NCBI GenBank assembly: GCA_019058365.1
Contig: JAHPZE010000006.1
Location: forward strand, 1-64,000
Reading direction: 5' to 3'
DNA length: 64,000 bases
DNA from: Promethearchaeota archaeon
GTDB lineage: Archaea; Asgardarchaeota; Lokiarchaeia; Sigyniarchaeales; SOKP01
In this document: piece by piece, positions 9,763 to 17,812 of the stretch
How positions within the stretch are numbered: the stretch's first letter is position 1
Layout: every line of letters begins with the position of its first letter
The notes under the pieces: model-generated
What the model was told of the DNA's origin: nothing
Databases searched by the model: none
The model's input: the letters and a program-made list of their open reading frames with translations, nothing else
Position numbers and translations under genes: made by a program

Positions 9763-10295
9763 TCTTTTAATCTCCTCCTAATTGCTATTTTATCTAATTC
9801 TTTTTTAATTATATTCATCAATTTAAACCGTTCTGAAGGATTAATAGCAGTTAATCCATAAGTTTTGCAATGAAGTACATCCTCAACACGTTTTACATCC
9901 ATTCGCCCATCATTTTTTACCAGATCTTGCTTATTTGCAATCGCAACAATAGGACAATCCTTTCCTACGAATTTACAAGCATAGTTGATAAGTTCCCTTG
10001 AACTTAAAACATTTCGAGGAGTTGAGTCAGTCACTATGAAAATAATATCTGAACCTAAAAGGTAATCTTTTGAATATGCCCTAAGATAACCGCTTTGACC
10101 TGCCAGATCCCAAACTCTCAAAAAATAATCTTCAAACTTAACTGTTTTGAGATCTAGTCCATGAGTTGGAATGTATAATCGATCTATCGTCTGTTCAGAC
10201 AGTAGTTTTAACATTGTAGTTTTCCCTACAGCTGGAGCTCCAATGAACGTAATTTTTACAAGCCGACTTATTTCAGAACTCAACAAAAAAAACAC
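9759..10295 (-). CDS. small GTPase (Ras superfamily, Arf/Rab-like)
   Basis: G1 GAPAVGKTT, G2 YIPT, G3 WDLAGQ, G4 NKQD, G5 TAI. Confidence 0.93.
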   Translation of the reverse strand: MFFLLSSEISRLVKITFIGAPAVGKTTMLKLLSEQTIDRLYIPTHGLDLKTVKFEDYFLRVWDLAGQSGYLRAYSKDYLLGSDIIFIVTDSTPRNVLSSRELINYACKFVGKDCPIVAIANKQDLVKNDGRMDVKRVEDVLHCKTYGLTAINPSERFKLMNIIKKELDKIAIRRRLKD

Positions 10296-10404
10296 AACAC
10301 AACAAAAAAAATAAGATGATTATTTAAGAAAGAATGAAATGAAAATATGAATCTGGATAATATCTATGTATTATAAAAAAAATATAGTATTTTAAAATGA
10401 GAGG

Positions 10405-11130
10405 TTATTTACTTTTTAAAAGGAGCTTTTTCATCCATTTGGGTAGCAAGAATCCTCCATACCAACAAATCGCACTCAATATTAAGATTAATCTAATAAT
10501 AATTATCGTTGCTTCACTAAAAGGTACAGACGCGTCTAACAATGCTCCAACTGAAAAAGTAATATAAGCGATTATTAATAATTTCCCTTTGAGTTTTACT
10601 TCTGGATCTTCAGATTTTAGAGAAAGATTGGCAAATAAAAATCCTGTAATGACGACAATCAAAAGAAATATTACTAAAAATACCATTATAAAAGACTTAT
10701 AATTTACATCTACAGGACCATTCAAGTTTCCTATTAAACTTTGATTTATAAATAGAAAGGTGAAAAATAGTATCTCAAAGATGGTTCCAATTATGACAAA
10801 CGTTGAAAGAATTATCTTACGTTTCTCAGAATACAAGAATTCTGTGAAAGCTAATAACCAAAAAACTATCGCTAAAGGGATAAAAAGATTTCCTATTAGA
10901 AAATATACCCCTTCAGGAATTCCAACGCCATTAATTAATGCTATCAAAAAGGAGAGGCTAGAGGGCCACCATGGTTCAGATATAAAAATCCAGGTTGCTC
11001 CGACTAATAAATAAATCCTTTCTTTATATTTAAAGAATCTTGAGAGTATTATAAAACCTATTAATAAAGAGATCGCTACAAAGATGAGAGAAAATACTCC
11101 ATTTACAGTATCTAAAAGACTTAATGACAT
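10405..11130 (-). CDS. polytopic (about 7 TM) membrane protein of unknown function
   Basis: 7-8 hydrophobic segments, SEPWWPS motif, no catalytic motif seen. Confidence 0.8.
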   Translation of the reverse strand: MSLSLLDTVNGVFSLIFVAISLLIGFIILSRFFKYKERIYLLVGATWIFISEPWWPSSLSFLIALINGVGIPEGVYFLIGNLFIPLAIVFWLLAFTEFLYSEKRKIILSTFVIIGTIFEILFFTFLFINQSLIGNLNGPVDVNYKSFIMVFLVIFLLIVVITGFLFANLSLKSEDPEVKLKGKLLIIAYITFSVGALLDASVPFSEATIIIIRLILILSAICWYGGFLLPKWMKKLLLKSK

Positions 11131-11225
11131 ATTCTAATTGTGTTTAATTTAATTTGTATAAATAAAAATTAAGTCCTTGGATTATTTAAATTTTAAATTT
11201 TTTAAGAAAAAATGATGCTAATAAA

Positions 11226-13112
11226 TTAGAGAACATATAAAAATATTAAAAATATCAATGATAATAATGTTGGGGCGATTAAACTAATAGTTAATAGACT
11301 CTGAGATACTCTGATACATTCCTTAAGAGTATTGATTATAGCATTGAAATATAAAGGGTCTCCCCAGATCTTAACATTTTCAAACGAGTCCTTATAAAGG
11401 AATTCTACGGGTTCTAAATTGGCCTCAGCCTTTTCGATTAGCACTTCTAACTTTTCGAGAATATAATTTGTATTTATCTTATCTCCAATTGGGGAATAAC
11501 CACGATCTGAAAATTGGCGCGCAACTGTATGCGAATCGGAAGTTGTAATTTCTGCTCTTTCGATACCTCGATTTTGTAGAAAGTTTAAGATATTAGATCT
11601 TATTTCAACATAAGCATTATTTCCATCGAAGTGAATTAACACAGTTTTCTGGTTTGTGATTGTGTTTTTAAATAAATGAAGTACAATTCCTCCAAATCCA
11701 ATCCCATCATCTTCAGAAAAATCCTCTAACTGATCCTTTGCAACGCCATATAACTTTGGAACATTTTGGATTTTTTTTACAGTTTCACTCTCCATATACT
11801 TTTTAACAACATCGATTAAATCATGAGCTTCTATAGTGTTTTTTTTAATTAAGACTTCATCTCCAATTATTGCATTGTGAGAATCTACAACAATTATATC
11901 TCTATAACCTTTAGATTTAGCAATATTTCTTATATCATCCCCAACTTCTGACTCAATATCATCAGAAGGAAGTGGATGTCTTGTTATAAACACAACTGGA
12001 ACATCTCCAACTTCAGTACCAATAAGTTTAGCTGAATTAGAGATTTTCCTTGTGAATCCTCTAATTTCTTTAATCCATTCGATTTCTGTGTTATTTTTAA
12101 TTTCATTTATATCCTGTCTAATTTTTTTTATTATTGCTTCGACATACCCATGAGTTGTTAAATTTTGAGTGTGATCATTTGTAGTATGATAAACTGTAAT
12201 TCCAGGAATATCTTGAAATTCTTTATAAATATATTCTGGTAAATCTGATGAGCCACATGTTTTAAAAGGGCCAAAATGAATATTTGGTATAACTAATAGT
12301 CCTTTTATCTTTTTATTGTTAATACTTCGAATTAGTAAATATTGTATTTTTACCTTAGATTCTATACCTACATCATCAAAATAACGCTCGATCAGATCAT
12401 CATTTCCCTCTGTCATCATAGAAAGAATAAATGCTCTAATAAATGCGTATCCTCTCATTCCTGTTGCTACTTCGTAGATATTGCTTACCTTGAATAATCC
12501 TCTTCTGTAAGGGACTGCAAAAAATAAGGCACAAACTAGGAAAACTATCATAGCTCTTATGAAAAAATCAAGATTAAATTGCCCCGTATATAAACTATAG
12601 GTAATTATTACTGTAAATGGTTGGATCAATGCTAAAATTATATTTCCACTACGTCCAACTGTAGTGAATGAGAAATAAATAACGAAGGCAACAATATAAG
12701 AGATAATAGATCCTAATATCAGGAATACTTCTTGCATTGTAATATTATTTACAAGTATGGCAACAATCTGACCAAGAATAAATGTTATTTCTATTATACC
12801 ATTGAAAAATGCATTCATTTGAATGGACCATCCAGTCGGAGGAGCTTTTAAAAGTGGTGATTTCTTTGAATAAAACCCTATAGAAAATAACGTACCAAAT
12901 CCAGATGTTAAAAGAAAAAGAAATATAAAACGGAAAAAATGAAGAAGATCTAAAAAACTCTTTAGGAAAAAAAAATGCAATAGCATTGATAATAAACCCA
13001 AAGCGATTGGTATGCCAAAAAAGATAGAATAAGCTGACTTTCTTGAAGAAAAAAGCTCCAAATATGTAATAATACCAGGAATTTGACGACTCTTTTTTTC
13101 TTTTACAAGCAT
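11226..13112 (-). CDS. DUF2070 family membrane protein
   Basis: N-terminal TM bundle; HFGPF..GSS, VDSHN, DGNN, TSDSH motifs; C-terminal TM. Confidence 0.85.
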   Translation of the reverse strand: MLVKEKKSRQIPGIITYLELFSSRKSAYSIFFGIPIALGLLSMLLHFFFLKSFLDLLHFFRFIFLFLLTSGFGTLFSIGFYSKKSPLLKAPPTGWSIQMNAFFNGIIEITFILGQIVAILVNNITMQEVFLILGSIISYIVAFVIYFSFTTVGRSGNIILALIQPFTVIITYSLYTGQFNLDFFIRAMIVFLVCALFFAVPYRRGLFKVSNIYEVATGMRGYAFIRAFILSMMTEGNDDLIERYFDDVGIESKVKIQYLLIRSINNKKIKGLLVIPNIHFGPFKTCGSSDLPEYIYKEFQDIPGITVYHTTNDHTQNLTTHGYVEAIIKKIRQDINEIKNNTEIEWIKEIRGFTRKISNSAKLIGTEVGDVPVVFITRHPLPSDDIESEVGDDIRNIAKSKGYRDIIVVDSHNAIIGDEVLIKKNTIEAHDLIDVVKKYMESETVKKIQNVPKLYGVAKDQLEDFSEDDGIGFGGIVLHLFKNTITNQKTVLIHFDGNNAYVEIRSNILNFLQNRGIERAEITTSDSHTVARQFSDRGYSPIGDKINTNYILEKLEVLIEKAEANLEPVEFLYKDSFENVKIWGDPLYFNAIINTLKECIRVSQSLLTISLIAPTLLSLIFLIFLYVL

Positions 13113-13253
13113 AACTAAAGTTATTGAATGAATTTAAATTGATAATACTTAATTGACAAACTTACTTCTAATGTAATGAATAATTAATACAAATTTATCT
13201 TTATGTAACAAATTATAATATAATATAAAACAAAACATTCTTTTATAAGGAAT

Positions 13254-14342
13254 ATGGAAAAAAAATCACAAGAATTGATACATCTTGCGAATAAGCGCTT
13301 TACTGAAATTCTCTCCGATGGATTTAAATTATTTATTAAAACTTACAGAAGTTTGATAATACCATTAGCCCTCTTTCAGATATTACTAATTGCTTTAAAT
13401 GTTTTATTATTAACCGATTTCAATTGGTATATCAATTCATTAAGAGCATCGTTTAATGAGATTATGGATAAATTTCTTGAAAACACACCTCTTACAGAGG
13501 GAGAATTAAATCAATTAGCTAGCTTTCTTTTTATAAACTTAGCTTTATTTTTTCTTCAAAATTTAATTGGAGCAGTAATTATTACTATTGCTATGTGTTC
13601 TGTTAGTAATTATGTTTTTAGAATCTATATGAAGGAAGATATCAGTTTTACAAATGCGTTTAAAACTGCGTTTAATAAAAGGATGTTAATTGTAATATTA
13701 ATTATTGGGATAATTTTACCAATAGGTGGCATTCTATTATTTATTCCCGCTATTATCATATTTGGATTTTACATTTTTTTAATTTTCACTTATAATATGG
13801 GAGAAGTTAAAAATCCAATCTCAGAAGCTCGAGCTATTGCAAAAAAAGCTTTCTGGAAAATAATCGGTATTTTTGTTATCAATGTTCTCTTCATTTCAAT
13901 AATAGACTACATTTTTACATCAATCATCGATTTTTTTCTAATCAATGATTCAACAAGCTCAATTATTAGTAGTTGGTATGATCCTATGACAAGGAATTTT
14001 GGAATGTTAATTTTATATCATATACTATATAGTATTGTGGATATAATTTTTGCGCCATTATTTATCTGTTTATTGACCGCACTATTTTCTTCTTTAAAGG
14101 CAAAAAAAGATTTGAAAATTCAATATCAACAAGGATATTATCCAGAAAGAGAATTATATCAAGAATCTTATAAAATACTTAAGCAAAAACCCATCGATCT
14201 TGTTGAGACAGAAGGAACTACAACTGTTCCAGATATAAGATTTGATAGTAGATTTTACTGTCCTTTTTGCGGAGTTTCAATTGATAGTCCAAGGAAATTT
14301 TGTCCCCGCTGTGGAGAGCCTCTTTCATTTATAAAGGAATAG
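13254..14342 (+). CDS. membrane protein (glycerophosphoryl-diester-PDE membrane-domain-like) with C-terminal zinc ribbon
   Basis: about 6 TMs, Tyr/Gln-rich linker, FYCPFCG..RKFCPRCGE. Confidence 0.8.
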   Translation: MEKKSQELIHLANKRFTEILSDGFKLFIKTYRSLIIPLALFQILLIALNVLLLTDFNWYINSLRASFNEIMDKFLENTPLTEGELNQLASFLFINLALFFLQNLIGAVIITIAMCSVSNYVFRIYMKEDISFTNAFKTAFNKRMLIVILIIGIILPIGGILLFIPAIIIFGFYIFLIFTYNMGEVKNPISEARAIAKKAFWKIIGIFVINVLFISIIDYIFTSIIDFFLINDSTSSIISSWYDPMTRNFGMLILYHILYSIVDIIFAPLFICLLTALFSSLKAKKDLKIQYQQGYYPERELYQESYKILKQKPIDLVETEGTTTVPDIRFDSRFYCPFCGVSIDSPRKFCPRCGEPLSFIKE

Positions 14343-14365
14343 TCTATATAAAAGTTTGATTAAAA

Positions 14366-15157
14366 ATGTATATAAATTTTGAGAAGAAGTTTGAATTAGA
14401 AAAAGAAAACTTAAGAAACCCAATTGTGTTAATAGGATGGCCAGGAATTGCGTTAGTTGCTAAATTAGCAATTACTTCAATACAAGAATCCTTAAATGCA
14501 GAAGAATTTTTAAATATACAATATTTTGATTTCCCTCCTAAGTCTGTTGTAGAAAAAGGATCGTTAGAATTACCCTCTGCAAAAGTATATTACAAACCGA
14601 CAGATAAAGAGGAAGGGAATGATTTCTTTATTTTATCCGCTGATTATCAACCTCAAAACCCTGAAGGTGTTTTTGAATTTTCTAAAACTTTTTGTGAAGA
14701 AATGCATAAGTTAACAGACGGAAAAATACGAATGTATGTAAGTACTGGTGCTATGATTTCTGATGTTGTACACGATACACCCCTAGTATATGTATGTGGG
14801 ACTGACCAAGATTTGGTTCAAACATTTTTAAGAATGGAAAACACCAAATTGTATGAGGGAGGATACATCTCAGGGGCAAATGGTATTCTCCCCGCGTGGG
14901 CAGGAGCAAATAACTATGCTCCGGGAATTTGTTTATTAGCAGAAACTTTGCCATTACCAATGATGACATTAGATCCGCGAAGTTCTAAGGCTTTGGTTAC
15001 ACTATTAAAAGATTATTTTTCTATAGATATGGACTTTAGCAAACTTAATGAAAAAATAAAGGAAATGGAAAGTATATTCGAATCTTTTAAAAAACAGGCA
15101 GACCAGTTTATGAAACCACCTAGCGAGGATAGAGGGTCAGATTCGTACTTTCGTTAA
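14366..15157 (+). CDS. PAC2-family proteasome assembly chaperone
   Basis: LRNPIVLIGWPGIALVAKLA, DYQP, ISGANG, CLLAET, DPRSS; ends SYFR. Confidence 0.9.
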   Translation: MYINFEKKFELEKENLRNPIVLIGWPGIALVAKLAITSIQESLNAEEFLNIQYFDFPPKSVVEKGSLELPSAKVYYKPTDKEEGNDFFILSADYQPQNPEGVFEFSKTFCEEMHKLTDGKIRMYVSTGAMISDVVHDTPLVYVCGTDQDLVQTFLRMENTKLYEGGYISGANGILPAWAGANNYAPGICLLAETLPLPMMTLDPRSSKALVTLLKDYFSIDMDFSKLNEKIKEMESIFESFKKQADQFMKPPSEDRGSDSYFR

Positions 15158-15249
15158 TTATTTGTATAATAAATTCTATTTTAATTATAATTTATAAAAC
15201 GAAGAAAATTACATAATATTTAATTTGAATTCTACTTAATTGATTCATT

Positions 15250-16239
15250 GTGCTAGATACCAGTATTCTTGAGAGTAATAAAGACATCAAAGATAAAATT
15301 TCTAACAAATTAAATGGGATTAAAGAACAATCCCGTAATTTTATAAAGGATATTATTACTCTGATTAATAAAGAGGTGGGGGTTAATAAAGTCTTATCAA
15401 TTTTACTATTTGGGAGTCAAAGAACTAAAAATTCTAAAGATGTAACAATAGTATCTGATTGTGATTTACTGATTATTTTTAAAGATAGAGTATCAAATCA
15501 TCATATTAAAGAAATCGAGAAATACTTTATTGCGTTAGAAATTAAACACAAATTTAAAGAATATGACGACCACTTTTCTAAAAAAGTATTAGGAGTAATT
15601 AACCAAACTACTGGTATATTTAGGAGTCATTTTTTAACTAAAAAGAAATATTGGGAAAGTGTTATCTTTCATAAAATATTTCGCGTAAATAAAGTATTCT
15701 CATCAATCTTTGCTCCTAGAAAAATAGTACTTGGAAATATTTTAATAAATAGTTCAATCCTCTACGGAGATGATTTAAGAGAAGATATTAGACCAACTAT
15801 TCAAATTACTTTCCAAGAAATGTTAAGAAGTACTGTTATGAATCTAATGATCTCCCTATTTGCGATAGCAATATCATTCCTCAGAAATTTAAACCCTACG
15901 AAATATCAATTAGAAGCAATAAAATGGGCTTTAAAAGCATCAAATTATTATTGTTATCGAGATTCAGAAGATCTAAAGACTATTACTAAGCGATTTATTT
16001 TATTTGAGAAAAACAGATCACAAAAAAAAGCAAGAAGATTTTTTTCTGACTTTCTACAATTAAGAATTTCTCCTCATAATGATATGGGTTTTATGATTCG
16101 ATGTCCAATTAGACTCATAAAAATTCACATTAAAGCAATACTATTTAAGAAATTGATTAAAAGAAAGGAAAAATTAAGGCTTCCTTCTAAATATATTGAA
16201 CCAATTATTCCTGATCATTCTTTTCCTTTAAGATTTTAA
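15250..16239 (+). CDS. Pol-beta-superfamily nucleotidyltransferase domain protein
   Basis: ILLFGS...SDCDLLII motif plus a helical, basic C-terminal region. Confidence 0.75.
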   Translation: MLDTSILESNKDIKDKISNKLNGIKEQSRNFIKDIITLINKEVGVNKVLSILLFGSQRTKNSKDVTIVSDCDLLIIFKDRVSNHHIKEIEKYFIALEIKHKFKEYDDHFSKKVLGVINQTTGIFRSHFLTKKKYWESVIFHKIFRVNKVFSSIFAPRKIVLGNILINSSILYGDDLREDIRPTIQITFQEMLRSTVMNLMISLFAIAISFLRNLNPTKYQLEAIKWALKASNYYCYRDSEDLKTITKRFILFEKNRSQKKARRFFSDFLQLRISPHNDMGFMIRCPIRLIKIHIKAILFKKLIKRKEKLRLPSKYIEPIIPDHSFPLRF

Positions 16240-16398
16240 TATTAATCTATTAAATATAAAGATCTGATAAGCGTTTTTTGAAATTTTAAAAATAAAAATA
16301 TAAATATTTGTAAATCTATTTAGAATTGTACTGGAAAAGAAAATTTAAATTACAATAGTTTAATAAAATAATAAGAATTTATTAAAGAGGAGTAAAAT

Positions 16399-16947
16399 AT
16401 GGCAGAAGAAGTTGATATTCGAGAACTGTTCTTTGACATATTAGATATTGTTAAATTTGAATTAAAATTTTATCAATTTAAAAGCAACGTGATGTTCGAA
16501 CGTATTGTAAAGACTCGTGTATTTCAACAGAAGCTCCAAAAATTAAGAGACTTTATTAACAATTATTTTGAGATTATGTATAAAGACGAAGAAAGCCCAA
16601 TTAATCAAGCTGCGCTTCGTTCACAATTAGATAATATAGCAAGACTAACAAATTACTATGATGATCTTTCAGATTTCTATACAGATCATACAATGACAAT
16701 GATTACTAAAGATAAGTTACAAGGATTACTCGAATATTCACACGTGGAAGTGTTATTTCTTATTTTCACTAATATCCTCGATTGGGAACATTACAAAGCT
16801 AGCTTATTATTTCCTACTGATAAATCTAAAGAAAAATTATTGAAAGAATTCCTCGCCAAACTAGCTAGCTCTGAAATTAAAGATGTAGAGGATGTTATTG
16901 ACTTAGAACAAGCTATTGACAATTTTGTGCAAAGCATCGAAACATAA
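16399..16947 (+). CDS. hypothetical alpha-helical protein
   Basis: 182-aa ORF with GAGGAG RBS; no recognised motif. Confidence 0.75.
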   Translation: MAEEVDIRELFFDILDIVKFELKFYQFKSNVMFERIVKTRVFQQKLQKLRDFINNYFEIMYKDEESPINQAALRSQLDNIARLTNYYDDLSDFYTDHTMTMITKDKLQGLLEYSHVEVLFLIFTNILDWEHYKASLLFPTDKSKEKLLKEFLAKLASSEIKDVEDVIDLEQAIDNFVQSIET

Positions 16948-17119
16948 TTATTAGTTTAATCCTCTCTAATTTTAATAACAGCAATTTTTAACCATAACAG
17001 GTAAATTTATATTAATGCTGGCTTGTTGTATTCATAGAAGAATACACTATTTCATTCTCAAACTTCAATTTTTAGAATTTTTAATATAATGAAATATTCA
17101 ACTTTTTGGTACATGTTAT

Positions 17120-17398
17120 ATGACAATCAAAATAAAACTCTACGGAGATTTAAGGGAAAAAGCATCTCGATTTAATATAGGTAATGATGTAACTAGTACT
17201 CTAAATATAGAGATCGATAAAATTAAAACTGTACTAGATATTCTAAATAAATTTAGTATAAAAGAGAAAGAAATTAGTCATGTTTTTGTTAATAATAAAT
17301 ATTCTGGACTAGAAAAAGAAGTAAAAAATGGAGATCGAATTGGAATATTCCCTAAGAGAATGGGATTATTATTTGTGGAAATAAGAGATCCTTTTTAG
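17120..17398 (+). CDS. MoaD/ThiS/SAMP-like beta-grasp protein lacking the C-terminal Gly-Gly
   Basis: IKIKLYGDLRE, TVLDIL, VFVNN, VKNGDRIGIFP, then KRMGLLFVEIRDPF instead of PVxGG. Confidence 0.8.
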   Translation: MTIKIKLYGDLREKASRFNIGNDVTSTLNIEIDKIKTVLDILNKFSIKEKEISHVFVNNKYSGLEKEVKNGDRIGIFPKRMGLLFVEIRDPF

Positions 17399-17470
17399 AA
17401 TAGTAGAACTGTAATATACCTTTTTCTCCTATGAGAAACGAGAAATAAATAGAATTAAATATGGGAGACA

Positions 17471-17497
17471 TTATGTATCTGCTTAAGCAATGCATAA
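17471..17497. promoter_or_regulatory. imperfect inverted repeat, putative operator
   Basis: TTATGTAT-C-TGCTTAAGCA-ATGCATAA with a perfect 10-bp core, about 40 bp upstream of ATG 17540. Confidence 0.35.
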
Positions 17498-17539
17498 ATA
17501 ATAAGAAATGTACTAGAATTAAGAGATTTTATATTCAAA

Positions 17540-17806
17540 ATGGCTGATTGTGTAGACAAAATATTGGAAATCTGTGAGAACAGTGAGATAAAGAGATATC
17601 AAGCTCTAATCAAATTAATGCAAGAACTAGATAAAGACATATCAAATGCAATACGAGTTAGAAATTGTTTGATTTTATTAGTGAATTTATGTTTTAATCC
17701 AGAGGCTCCCGACTATTCGTATAATAAGGGAAAATCTACACATGATCTTTCTGAACATGAAAAGTTCGAAATGAATGAATTATTAAAATGTGAGCTAAAT
17801 AACTAA
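17540..17806 (+). CDS. hypothetical protein
   Basis: 88-aa ORF filling the gap, convergent with the MFS gene. Confidence 0.65.
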   Translation: MADCVDKILEICENSEIKRYQALIKLMQELDKDISNAIRVRNCLILLVNLCFNPEAPDYSYNKGKSTHDLSEHEKFEMNELLKCELNN

Positions 17807-17812
17807 TGGGTT

